Assembly (NCBI RefSeq): GCF_006345805.1
Contig: NC_043019.1
Span: forward strand, 30,007,360-30,071,359
From: Octopus sinensis
Lineage: Eukaryota
Length of the DNA: 64,000 nt
Reading direction: 5' to 3'
The notes under the pieces were generated by a model, which did not search any database, was not told where the DNA came from, and saw only the letters and a list, made by a program, of their open reading frames with translations. Positions 38,371 to 51,080 of the stretch are shown here, in pieces; positions within the stretch are counted from its first letter, which is position 1, and each line of letters begins with the position of its first letter. The position numbers and the translations under genes are program-made.

Positions 38371-38921
38371 TGCCCTGATGCAGTACCAGGCAGTGGCTCT
38401 CATGGCTTCTGATCTTAACTGATTGGAAGTGTTATCATGTACATTGTTTTGTCTTGGTATAAAGATGGGTTACAGCAAATATTCTGCTCATGCCACAGAT
38501 TTGCTTGTCAGTTGTTTGACCTTAACCAGTTGAGCATGTCCCTTAGTGGCTGACGATATGTGCATCTCTGATCACGAGTAGAAGTAGTGGGGGAGCATCA
38601 TAGCCATGTGTTGAGAAGGATTCTTTGGGGTTTGAATATTCACCTCTGGAAACATGGGTGTTTCGTTCAACGTCCTTAACAACCCTTATTCAGGGACCTT
38701 TTGAGCGGATGGGTTACTCGATCTGAAGAAAATTCTAACTGGGCTCCACCTGCAAGGTCATGTGCTGTTTATCTTGATATGAGATCACCATGTCGCGCAC
38801 ATATGGTTGTGATGCATGGTGCCTGGTGTACCCTTATCAGACGGGTAGTCATGATGGGTATACTGGGCTTCGTATATTTTACCCCAGTGTCACTTTGATG
38901 GCATGCTCTGCTCGCTCACTC
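38371..38921 (+). mobile_element. Non-coding ~550-bp element (element E) inserted in (AAT)n
   Basis: Flanked by (AAT)n on both sides. Near-identical copies at 56826-57380 (-), 49031-49199 (3' part) and 56550-56747 (5' part, -). Confidence 0.85.
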
Positions 38922-39467
38922 AATAATAATAATAATAATAATAATAACGTTCAGCATCATCATCATCATTTAACATCTATTTTCTATGCTGGCATGGGCT
39001 GGACGGTTTGAATGTACTTTCTACTAAAGGCACAAAACTTGAAAGTTTTGGAGAGGGGGTTAATTGATCACATCGATACCAGAATTTCACTGGTACTTAA
39101 TTTATTGACCCCAAAAAGATGAAAGACAAAGTTGACCTTGGCGGAATTTGAACTCAGAACATAAAGACCAGATGAAATGCTGTTGAGTACTTTGCATGGT
39201 GTACTAACAATTCTGCTAGTTTTCCAGGGGGGAAAAAAAATAGTAATAAAATAGGCACGAGGTCTGAAATTTTAGGGGAGGGGACAAGTCGATTACATCG
39301 ACCCCAGCATTTCACTGGTACTTAATTTATCAACCCCGAAAAGATGAAAGGCAAAGTCAACCTTGGTGGAATTTGAACTCAGAATGTAGTGATGGGTAAA
39401 ATACCGCTAAGCATTTCCTCCAGCGTGCTAACCATTCTGCCAGCTCATCACCTTAATAATAATAACG

Positions 39468-39503
<36 letters not shown>

Positions 39504-40431
39504 TAATAAATAATAATAATAATAATATAATATCATCATCATCATCATCATCGTTTAATGTCCGTTTTCCATGCTAGCATGGGTTGGACGGTTCAACTGG
39601 GGTCTGAGAAGCCAGGAGGCTGCACCAGGCTCCAGTCTGATCTGGCAGTGTTTCTACAGCTGGATGCCCTTCCTAACGCCAACCACTCTATGAGTGTAGT
39701 GGGTGCCTTTTACATGCCAGGAGAGGCTGGCAGCGGCCACAATCGGTTGGTGCTTTTTACGTGCCACCAGCACAGAAGCCAGTCAAGGCTGCACTGGCAT
39801 CGACCACGTTCGGATGGTGCTTTTTACGTGCCACCGGCACAGGTATCACAACTACAATTTCCATTTGATATTTATTTTGATGTTGATGTACTTGACTCAA
39901 TAGTGATGATGATAATAATAATAATAATAATAATAATATAATTAATGGTTTCTAGTTTTGGCACAAAGCCAGTAATTTTGAGAGTAGGGGCTCAGTTGAT
40001 TACATCAATCCCAGAACTTGTAGTGGGGGTTGATGTAATTGCTACTGTAGACTTGTGGATTGGTTCAACGCCTGTTTCTGCTGTTGCAATTTTTTTCTGT
40101 TTTATCTCTGCAAGATAATTCATCAGTCACTTAGCACTAAGAGGACAGGTTATTCTAAGATAATGCAATTACTCATCAAGTGAGAGATAAAGGATTCAGT
40201 TTCTTGCGAGCTGGCCAATTCCTCTTGTATTCTTGAAATTGGTGTTTAGGGTGTTGTTGTGTCACTAGATGTGACCTTTGACATAACGTCATCAAACGAG
40301 TCTTTTAGATCATGAAAGGTAGCAATGTTTGACAATCTGAGTGGTGAAAATAGTCATTTAAAAACAAACCTGACAGGCTGTGGTCATTGAATCGAGATTA
40401 TTAAGTTAGTTCATGTGAAATATGAAATGCA

Positions 40432-40453
40432 ATGGCTTCAATAAATCAGGATG
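40432..40453 (+). CDS. Candidate alternative first coding exon (MASINQD + phase 1)
   Basis: gcaATGg context, in-frame stop just upstream, G|GTGAGA donor in the phase needed for the 44994/44997 acceptor; ends a ~400-bp repeat-free block. Confidence 0.3.
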
Positions 40454-40616
40454 GTGAGACCTATCAGAATGGGAAATATTCACTGTATGAATTTCTTACC
40501 TGACCACCACCACTACCTCTTTCTCCTTCTTTTTCTCCTTCTCCTCTTCCTTCTTTTCCTCATCCTCTCTTAAACAAGTAAAATGACTGAAACAAGTAAA
40601 AGAATAAAGGAAGTAA

Positions 40617-40660
<44 letters not shown>

Positions 40661-41968
40661 GCAGTCTACATATATATATATATACACATGCAGTCTATAT
40701 ATATTCTTTTACTCTTTTACTTGTTTCAGTCAAGTGACTGTGGCCATCATGGAGCACCGCCTTTAGTCGAGCAAATCAACTCCAGGACTTATTCTTTGTA
40801 AGCCTAGTACTTATTCTATCGGTCTCTTTTGCTGAACTGCTGTTGTCAAGCGATGTCGGTGGGGACAAACACAGATACACAAACATATGCACACACATAC
40901 ATATATATATACATATATACGACTGGTTTCTTTCAGTTTCCGTCAACCAAATCCACTCACAAGGCTTTAGTCCGCCCAAGGCTATAGTAGAAGACACTTG
41001 CCCAAGGTGCCATGCAGTGGGACTGAACCCGGACCCATGTGGTTCGTAAGCAAGCTACTTACCACACAGCCACTCCTATATGATATAAATACTGAAGTTG
41101 ATTTGTTCAGCTAAAACCCTTCAAGGCAGTGCCTCAGCATGGCCATAGTACAGTGATTGAAACAAAGTAAAAAAAATAAAAGATAAATGATTAAAGAATA
41201 AGCATACAATGTATAGATACAGTGTGTATTGTGTTGATATGATACACTGTGGTACCATGCCTATACCACGATATAAGCACAATGTTTATGTGTGTTGTCA
41301 TAGTGTACCAATGTGAAAGTAGAGTATTCTAGTGTTTGTGTGGGGTTTATATTGTATAGGTACAGTATATCAGTGTGTTTGTTGGTACATTGTGGTTAAA
41401 AATCAGTTTGCTTGTCCAGTATTTTGTCTATAAATAGAGAAATCTGTTGACTTATAAATAGAATATTGATTTCTTCATTTTGGTAACTTGACAGTTACTA
41501 CAAGTTGTTCACCTGAAGATTTACTGTTTTGGTCGAAATTATATTGTTGATGGTGGTGGTGGTGGTGGTGGTGGTTGTGGTGGTGGTTGTGGTGGTGGTT
41601 GTGGTGGTGGTGGTGGTGGTGTGTGTGTGTGTATGTGTGTGTAAATTGTGGTATAAAGAATGTTTTAGTGTGTGCTTTTCTTTGTGTCTATGTGTGCATG
41701 TATGTGTGTGTGTGTGTGTGTGCTTTTGTGTATTTGTATATATGTGTGTATGTGTGTGTGTGAGCTTGTGTGTGAAGTTGTACTTTTGTGAGCAAGTGTG
41801 TGTGTGTGTGTGTGTACGTGTACGTGTGTATATGTGTGTGTGGGTTTCTGTTTCAGTATCTTTTTAATGTGTGAGCTTCTGTACATTTGTGTGTAGTATC
41901 TGTGTACATATCTGAATGTGTGTATGTGTGTCTGTTAGCCTGTGTGCTAGTGTGTACTTGTGTGTGTG

Positions 41969-42007
<39 letters not shown>

Positions 42008-42762
42008 CTTTGAGCCTGTGCCAAGCTGTACTTTTATGAGCATGTGTGTATTTGTACATGTGTATGTGTGTTTGTATGTACATATATGTGTTTGTATGTA
42101 TGTGTGTGTATGTTTGTATATGTGTTTGTATGTATGTGTGCGTATTTATGTGTGTGTATGTTTGTATGCATGTGCATTTGTAGGTATGTGTGTGCTTCTG
42201 TGTGTTTGTGTGTGAGAGAAGGATTTACCAATTCTGCTTCGTCCGGTCACTCTTGGCTTTTTTCTCTCTTTTACTTGTTTCGGTCATTAGATTGTGTAAG
42301 AGATTTAGTCAAACAAACCCCCTCTATTTATTTTTAAGTCTGGCACTTTATCTATCAGTCGCTTTTTCTGAACTACTAAATTGTGGGGATGGAAACAAAC
42401 CAACACTGGTGCCATGTAAAAGTGTCTATGCTGTGCCACATAAAAACACCCAGCACACTCTGTAAAGTGGTTGCCATTAGGAAGGGCATCCAGCTGTAGA
42501 AACCATGCCAAATTAGTCTAGAATCTGGTGCAACCCCACCAACTTGCCAGCTCTGGCCACACCGTCCAACCCATGCCAGCATGGACAACAGACATTAAAT
42601 GATAATGATGATGTTGATGATAATATATATTTTGGGTTGGCCAAAAAGTCTGTTCGTTTTTTTTAGGTGAAAATCAAAACAAAGAAAACAATTGTGTTGT
42701 GTTGAAATGATTGTTCTGAGCAATAAAGTTTCCTGTGTATTCCATTTTCCATCCCTATCATT

Positions 42763-42793
<31 letters not shown>

Positions 42794-43114
42794 GGCGCAG
42801 GAGTGGTTATAGGCGCAGGAGTGGCTAACGCAAATTTAATGTACAAATTTGTAATTAAATTATTGAGTATTAATTGAAACGGCTGTAAGAAGCAGAGATG
42901 ACCAATTTGTTAATAATAAATAAGTGTTAACTTCCTTATCTGAATTTTCTTTTCCTCTTTTAGCTGAATATAAACTATATGCTTAATATATACCTATAGT
43001 TTTAAGGGAATTTCATTCCTCAACAATACTAGGTATTGAACCAATATTTCCTTGGATGCAACCATCTCTTCACAAGATTAACATATCCTTCAGTTAGATT
43101 ATATATAAGTTAAG

Positions 43115-43420
43115 TTAATTTTTTTGCTCAAAAAGCAAAAAGCAAGGCCATGTAGGGGGACATGGAGTTATGTACAGGGAGGGTGTTCATGCAAAGAGTT
43201 CAGGCCATTTCTGGTCAAGAAAGACTTTGAACCAAGCGGTCGTCGGCATCTTCACTATCTCGTCCGGCAGCTTATTCCACGGATCCGCAACCCGGACGGA
43301 GAAAGCCCCTCTCCTTCGACTGAGATGAAATCGTCGCAGATAGAGCTTTTCGGAGTGACCCCGCAGCTAACGCTCTGGAGCAGGAGTGAAGAACAGCTCT
43401 TTCAAGAGGTTACACTTTCC
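43115..43420 (-). mobile_element. CR1-clade LINE 3' end, CpG-rich and probably young
   Basis: Translates LRGHSEKLYLRRFHLSRRRGAFSVRVADPWNKLPDEIVKMPTTAWFKVFLDQKWPELF*; short tandem tail. Confidence 0.85.
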
Positions 43421-43629
43421 GCTTATTTATATATATATATGTACATACATACATATAATGGGTTTCTTTTAGTCTCCATCTACTAAATTCACTCACAAAG
43501 ATTTTGGTCAACCTAGGGCTGTAGTAAAGACAAGACACATAACCAAGATGCCACACAGTGGGACTGAACCGAAGACCACATGGTTGGGAAGCAAACTTCT
43601 TAACCACGGAGCTATGCTTATGTCACTCA

Positions 43630-44540
43630 TATCTAGGATGCTTTATCGGATTAACAAATTAACATAACTGCTTGACTGGTTCTTTATTTTATCAACCCCG
43701 ATAGGATAAAAGGCAGAGTTAATCTTCTATTATAATTTCTTTCACATCTAGGATACTTTGTAGGAAGGAATATTAAATTGACTTCACTGCTTGGCTAGTA
43801 TTTTATTAACCCCAGAAGGATTAATGGCAAACTTAGTCTTCTATTATAATTTTGTTCATATTTAGGATGCTTTATAGCAATATTAAACTGACACTATTTT
43901 ATTGATTGTAGGAAGATGAAAGACAAGGTCAGTCTTAGCTTTCTATTATAATTCTGTTCACATGTAGGCTGTTTAATAAGAATATTGAATCAACCTCAGT
44001 ACTCCGTTGGTACTATATTATATCAATGCCAAAAGGATAAAAGTCAGTGTTAGTCTTAGTCTAGTATTATAATTTAACATCAAGGATGCTTTATAGGAAT
44101 ATTACATCAGTGCTGCTATTTCATCGGTTCTTCATTTCATTGACCCCTGAAAGATTTAAGGCAAGGTTGATCTTAGCAGGATTTGATCTCAGAATGTAAT
44201 GCAAAGTGTCCTGACTAAAGACTTGCTAGAAATAGCAACTAAATGTCCTTTATATGAAACACTATTTGATCAGTATTTTATGTTATTGACCCCTGCAGGA
44301 TGAAAGACAAAGTTGATCTTAGCTGGATTTGAGCTCAGAATGAAAAGCAATGTGTCATAACTAAAGACATGCTAGAAATAGCAACCAAATGTTCTTTGTG
44401 TTACAGTATTTGATTGGTATTTTATTTTATTGACTCCTGCAAGATGAAAGACATAATTGATCTTGGAAGGATCTGATCTCAGGATATAAAAAAAAAAGTA
44501 TCATAACTTAAAACTTGTTAGAAATAGCAACCAAAGGTCC
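43630..44540. repeat. Decayed tandem arrays derived from SINE family C
   Basis: About five ~100-120-bp units (marker aggatgcttt), then three 146-bp units (ctagaaatagcaac-like at 44226, 44372 and 44518). Confidence 0.75.
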
Positions 44541-44993
44541 TTCATATCACTCCTTACCATTTAAAAATAAATGTGAAGAACACATTGGAAAATATGGTTA
44601 CACACACACATATACAATGGGCTTCTTTCAGTTTCTGTCTACCAAATCCACTCACAAGGCTTTGGTTGGCCCTGGGGCTATAGTTGAAAACACTTGCCCC
44701 AGGTGCCAAGCAATGTGACTGAACCTGAGACCATGTAGTCGAGAAGCAAACTTAATACACACATAGGTGTGTGCACACACACACACACACACACACAACA
44801 CACACACGTGTGCGCGCACACACACACACACACACACACTTCTTGTTTATGATGACTTCTAGAGTGGTAAGTGTTTGGCATTTCAATTCAGCTTTTACTG
44901 ATTATTAAGTTTTTCTGCTTAACTTTATGAAAGAACAATCTGTTTCATGTGTGTCATCTTATTAACTGTATGTTGTCAATGCTTTTCTTCCAG

Positions 44994-45415
44994 CAGGGAA
45001 TACTGCTGCAAAGACCGATGAGTGGCTCATGGTCGATAATGCTGGAGAAGTTCCCACCGTAACGGTTACAGACGTTTCAAAAAGCTGTGAGACGACCAAA
45101 AGTCTGGAGTCTACCAAGAGTTCCGATTCCGTTCAAAGCAGTGACACAATCAAAAGTGGGGACACAGCGAAAATTTTAGACTCTACAAGATTAACAGATG
45201 ATGAAAAGTCAACTGATTCTCCTAGGCTGTCAGACAGCTCTAAAATTGTACAAGACTCTCCACCAACGCAAGTTGATGGTAGCAGACCAGATCTAACTAA
45301 AACTCGGAGTACTGACAAGAGCAAAAGCCCATTTAAATGGAAAAGGGGTAAGAAAATGCAGAAAGCAGACAGCATGAGTACAGGAAGTTCTTCACCCTGT
45401 GAGAAATGTCGTTTG
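44994..45415 (+). CDS. Internal coding exon, Ser/Thr/Asp-rich and probably disordered, of the same unidentified protein
   Basis: gcttttcttcCAGCAG tandem acceptor (start 44994 or 44997), ~140 open codons, ttg|gtaagt donor. Phase 1 in, phase 0 out. 6-aa repeats vary at synonymous positions. Confidence 0.85.
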
Positions 45416-45840
45416 GTAAGTATTTTTTTCCATCTACAATACATACAGCTTCATGACTCCCATGAGAAAATCTCTGATATTAGCCTTTTTCTTGAGACCC
45501 CATGAAAAGGGCTTCGGTACCACTCTTTATCATTTTATCGATTATTGGCTATATGCTCTTTTACTCTTTTACTTGTTTCAGTCATTTGACTGTGGCCATG
45601 CTGGAGCACCGCCTTTAGTTGAGCAAATCGACCCCATGAGTTATTCTTTGTAAGCCTCGTACTTATTCTATTGGCCTCTTTTGCCGAACCGCTAAGTTAC
45701 AGGGACGTAAACACACCAGCAATGTTGGGGGGACAAATGCAGACACACAAACACATACACACACACATACATACATATATATATATAAATATATATATAT
45801 ACATATATAGGACAGGTTTCTTTCAGTTTCTGTCCACCAA

Positions 45841-45890
45841 ATCTGGGTTCTCATTCCTAAGGTATTTTTCGATCTTGTTGTTGTTGTTGT

Positions 45891-45965
<75 letters not shown>

Positions 45966-46260
45966 GCAGGTCCCTGCTTGGAATCGAACTCAGAATCTTG
46001 GGGTTAGTAGCCTGCGCTCTTAACCACTACGCCATATGCCCGTGGGCTACTAACCCCAAGATTCATAGTTCGATTCCAAGCAGGGACCTGAATAATAATA
46101 ATAAAAATAATATCATCGAAAAATACCTTAGGAATGAGAACCCAGGTTCGAAATTTCCCCAAAACACCTGAAGAAGGCTGGAGGGTATATCAGCCGAAAC
46201 GTTGTGTTAACAACAAACAAGATGAGGACAAATATCCGTCAAATGTAAATAATGTAAATA
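45841..46260. mobile_element. Second head-to-head dimer of the tRNA-headed hammerhead element
   Basis: Minus copy (head 46041-45967, truncated before the ribozyme) and plus copy (head deleted across GGC microhomology) meet at gccc-gt-gggc, 46038-46047. Confidence 0.85.
46163..46208 (+). ncRNA. Intact minimal type I (Penelope-type) hammerhead ribozyme motif
   Basis: Helix I AACAC/GTGTT; core CTGAAGA plus an extra A; helix II GGCTG/CAGCC; GAAA; palindromic ACGT helix III; predicted cut after GUU at 46203. Confidence 0.75.
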
Positions 46261-48980
46261 TTGGAGAAAGAAACCTTACTGTTTTTTGCAATACATACTA
46301 ATACATTCTAAGCAAAATTTTTTCAAGGACTCCTTGAAATACTATTGTGGATCCCCAATTTACTATTTTGTTGTGTAGACCCCTCAAAATTTTATATAAA
46401 CTCACAGGGGCCATATGGACCCTGGTTGAGAACCACTGGTCTAAAATGTTAGTGTTGTACTTGTACCAGCTTTGCATAGAGCTTTGTATTAATATTCTTT
46501 TACTTGTTTCAGTCATTTGACTATGCCCATACTGGAGCACCACCTTTTAGTCAAAGAAATCGACACCAGGACTTATTATGTTTTTTAAGCCTGGTACTTA
46601 TTCTATTGATCTCTTTTGCCGAACTGCTAAGTTATGGGGGACGTAAACACACCACCACTGGTTGCCAAGTGGTGATAGGGAGACAAACACAGACACAAAG
46701 ACACATACATGATATACATACATACATACATACATACATACATACATACACACACACATACACACACACACAGCTATTGAGACATTCTAGAAGGGTCTTC
46801 TAGAATGTCTCAATGTAAGGGTTATAGAAAGGCTTGTTTTTAGTGCCCACCTCCAGTGTATGTATGGCAACCCACAGACCAGCTCCACACTCTCTTGTCG
46901 TTTATAATAGTCATTTTCATGTCTTCTACTCAACCTGAATGTGTCATTACAGTTGGCAGATACGAATCTAATCAGTATATTTTCTCCTCTCTCGGTAAGC
47001 TCCAGTACAGAACTTTTGTAATCAACTATTAACAAATGCTACAGAATTATTCTCCCAATTGTGTTGACTTGTTGTGGAAACTTTCTAATTCATGACCAAC
47101 CTGAAATTATTTATGCAGTAAAACAAAAGTTCTAATTAAATCTTTACATGGTGTTGTTATATCTGTTTCTTTATTGCAAACAAGGGGCTAAACATAGAGA
47201 GGACAAACAAATGGATTAAGTCGATTACATCGACCCCAGTGCGTAACTGGTACTTAATTTATCGACCCCGAAAGGATGAAAGGCAAAGTTGACCTCAGCG
47301 CATTTAACTGCAGCCTTAACTTCAGACCCCATTTGCAACAGATCCATTTATAAAAGAATTTGAGTGAGGTCGTTGCCAGTACCGCCTGACTGGCCCCCCG
47401 TGCCGGTGGCACGCAAAAAGCACCAACTACACTCTCAGAGTGGTTGGCGTTAGGAAGGGCATCCAGCTGTAGAAACTCTGCCAAATCAAGATTGGAGCCT
47501 GGTGCAACCATCTGGTTCGCCAGCCCTCAGTCAAAATCGTCCAACCCATGCTACCATGGAAAGCGGACGTTAAACGATGATGATGATTATGAGGATGATG
47601 AAGTGCATGCAAATAACTTTATCTCTTTTTCTTTGGAATTTTTTTTTTCAGCCATTCTAAGAAAAAATATAAACTACCTCTCAAATTTCTAATTATAAGC
47701 CACTGTTTCTGAGAAGTTCCTGCTTGGTGCTGATAATGCACTGAACGGGAATTTTCTGGCGTATTTTTTTAATGATTTAATCAGAATGTGTAGGGCAGCT
47801 ATTTAGTCAATAACTACTAAGCTAAATGCCTCTCCCCCACATACACACACACACACATACATGTGTGTATGTGTTTGTATGTGTGTGTATTTGCGCTGAC
47901 ACTGCTTGGGTGGTGTAATGTTTGTGTGTCTCACAAAAACAATATATCCTGCAGCTCAATATTTTTGACGTGTGAAGACAAGCAGAATAAAATATCTTGT
48001 AAAACAAGTAAGAATTTTATGTGAGAAAGGACATCAAACTATAGCATACTGCCTCAAGAAATATGAACCAGCCCATGCCATCATGGAAAAAAAGTACATG
48101 GAAAACTACTGCTGCTGCTGCTGCTCATGATGATGACGATGATGATGATGACATTTTAAAACAAGTTCTTGTTTATTCCCATGTCAGTACTTATTCAGCA
48201 GACCTATGATCAATGGCATTCCAACCATGACAGTCCTAACTGTTATTCTTAAAAATAGTATATAACATAATTTGCTCTCCTCCCCCCCTTTTTTTTAAAA
48301 AAAAAGACATTAGAGTAGAGTGTGATTTGAAGGAGAGTTGATTTTATTCATAAAGACAAGAGTATTGTTCTTGCCAGTTGGTTGGTTGATTCTCATTATC
48401 ATGGAGATATGGAAAGTGAATATTTTTAATTAAACAGCATTTACCTTGTGAATTTCAATTTTTCTAATGAATTTCTTTTTGTGCCTTATAATTTAACACA
48501 CTCACCAGTAAAATTTCCCCTTATTTCTTATTTTTATTTCCCTAAAATTTTCGTTGTGTCTTGCAGCCTTTTCAATAGTCTTCAAAAAGGTTGCAAAATG
48601 CAACGAAAATTTTAGGAAAATATAAATAAGAAATAAGTGGAAATTTTACCAGTGAATGTATTACATTATAAGGCACAAAAAGAAAATGACTCTCCCCAGA
48701 CACAACAGAATATGCCTCAACACACGAACTCATATAAAGAATCTTACAAAACAAATCCCAAAACAAAACATAATGAATTTAATTTTCCCTGCTAAGTTCT
48801 TAATATCTTTTGTTTTGGTTATCTAACTGGCCAGGTTAACACCAAATTAAATTGCTTTTGTTCTTCACTCTCTTCCAACGAATAGGCATTCAGAAATCTT
48901 ATCTTCTTCAGTAACAGATATAATTCTGTTTTCTCCCGGAAGAAAACACAGAACAAAGTAGCAAAGTTCAAATACAGAAA

Positions 48981-49032
<52 letters not shown>

Positions 49033-49219
49033 GGTCATGTGCAGTTTATCTTGATATGAGATCACCATGTCGCGCACATATGGTTGTGATGCATGTGCCT
49101 GGTGTGTCCTTATCAGACGGGTAGTCATAATGGGTATACTGGGCTTCGTATATTTTACCCCAGTGTCACTTTGATGGCATGAACTGCTCTCTCACTCAGT
49201 AATAATAATAATAATAATT

Positions 49220-49880
49220 GAAAATTGAAAAAGTAGGATGGAAGATTGCGAAGATAAAGCACTATACAAGAAATTGAAAACGAATGAACTGGGTAAAGAA
49301 AAGAATGCATGGTCAATTTCATGGGGATGTTGAAGATAAGATAAACAGAAAAAAAATAGATGGCTGTGGATGACTAAAAGTGATTTAAAACTGGAAATGG
49401 AGGCTCTAATCTGTGCTGCCCAAGAGCAAGCACTAAGAACAAACTACATAAAATACAGAATAGACAACACAGCAGAAAGTGACAAGTGCAGAATCTGTGG
49501 ACAAAACAGTGAAACTGTATGGCATATTACTAGCCAGTGTATGCCACTAGCCCAGAAGGAATATAAGAGATGCCATGACAATATAGCCAGGCTTGTCCAT
49601 TGGACACTTTGCAACAAGTAGGGACTTGACAGAGCAAAAAATTGGTATGGCCACAAACCTGAAGACATTGTCAAAAATGGGATTTTATGATTCAATGCTA
49701 CCATGAGATAGAGAATAGGAAGCCGGACATAGTCTTAATTTAAAAAGAAAACAGACTATGCTGAATCATAGATAGAGCATGCCCAGCTGACAACAAGGTA
49801 TGCGATAGGGAAGAAAAAAAAGTCGAGAGATATGACAGGTTAGCTTGGGAAGTTAAGCAGTTGTGGTCGATGAAAAAGGT
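49220..49880 (+). mobile_element. R4/Dong-clade fragment (CCHC knuckle + RLE start), family Dong-2
   Basis: EALICAAQEQALRTNYIK...CRICGQNSETVWHITSQC...HDNIARLVHW, then RKPDIVLI...IID.ACP; starts right after (AAT)n. Confidence 0.9.
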
Positions 49881-51080
49881 AGCAGTAGACTGAGAGTTTT
49901 AGAAGACTGTCTAGGCTGGCATTGAAGTCCACCACCTCCACTCTGTTGCGCTTCATGAACAGTTTGGCAAAGTGTCACAAAAAAATGGCATACCATTTGC
50001 TTGGAATCAGATAGATGGCGCCTGCTGCTGATCAGAGTGTGACTTTGTTGACATGCTGCACCTCTACCATCTATCAAATAACTTTTGATCCCTCATTTTT
50101 CAGACTACCTTACCTAGCATGAAAAATCCATCCTTTGTATCTTACTGTGAGGAAGTAGGTATGGACCATTCTTGCTGCAAGCAAGACGTAAGCAATCTCT
50201 TTTCTGTTTGGTTCTTGTATTCAATTGCCTAACTCCTTCGCTGATTTATTATTGTTCTCTAAATCCTACCTACATTTTTACTAAACCTAACAGATTCTTC
50301 TCTAATTTTCCTTTTTAATTAGCTAACACCACCTACTGATCCTTGTTAACTAATTCACTAATCCAGTCTTTGAAATATTTCAGTGCCAAGAAACAGTTTC
50401 CAATATCTAAGACCTTGTTTATTTGTCTTGTATAAATTGATATATAAAATGTTTTCATCTCTATAGTATCTCTATTGTTTAACCGAATGAAAATTCTGAG
50501 CATGACTGGTATGACTCTGTATTTTGTCCAAATCCATGTAGTGTATTCTTGAAATATAAACAATATCTGTTTGATATTTAGAACTGCCCGAGCAAGTTTG
50601 CAAAACATTTTACACAACTCACTCCAGTAATTCATTCCCACACAGTCCTTGTGTATTCTAACACTCCAGTTACCCAATAGCATTATAAGATAAAATGTTC
50701 TTAAGGAAACTTCTAAATATCTGAAGAAACGTGACTCACTAACCTGCGTCAGAGCATAAATAGCTACCAGTCTGAGAGTACTAAGTACAGTTGTTCACAT
50801 TTATGGCCACTGATCTTAACATCCTGGTCAGGGAAGATCATGCTTATTTCTAGGTTTGTGTATTTCTGAAACAGAAGTGCCATACCTTTTCATCTGGGCC
50901 AATCTTGTAGTTGGCCAAAGAGACATAGATCTTGCAGAGAGTGAGTGAGTGAGTGATTCTCAGAAATCCTGTTCTTGCTGATAACAACTGCACCTAAATT
51001 TAGCGCCCTGAGGTCATTCAATTCGTGTTTCTGCTTCCATGCCAATCCTAAATTATGTATATTTATTCATACCACTCTTA
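49880..51080 (-). mobile_element. Decayed Tx1/L1-like LINE, APE endonuclease and following region
   Basis: Reverse complement gives NLGLAWKQKHELNDLRALN.GAVVISKNR ... VAIYA...FFRYLEVSL...LGNWSV...DCVG ... LKRKIREESVRFSK; many stops and frameshifts. Confidence 0.65.

Noticed and set aside
40496-40590. Minus-strand exon-like segment ending in cag|gtaaga
   Set aside because: Purine-rich simple sequence abutting a SINE tail; no partner exons on that strand.
20535-45415. Assigning a gene symbol (TRPM-, RUN- and TBC-like resemblances considered)
   Set aside because: Similarities were only a few residues and did not extend; left unnamed.
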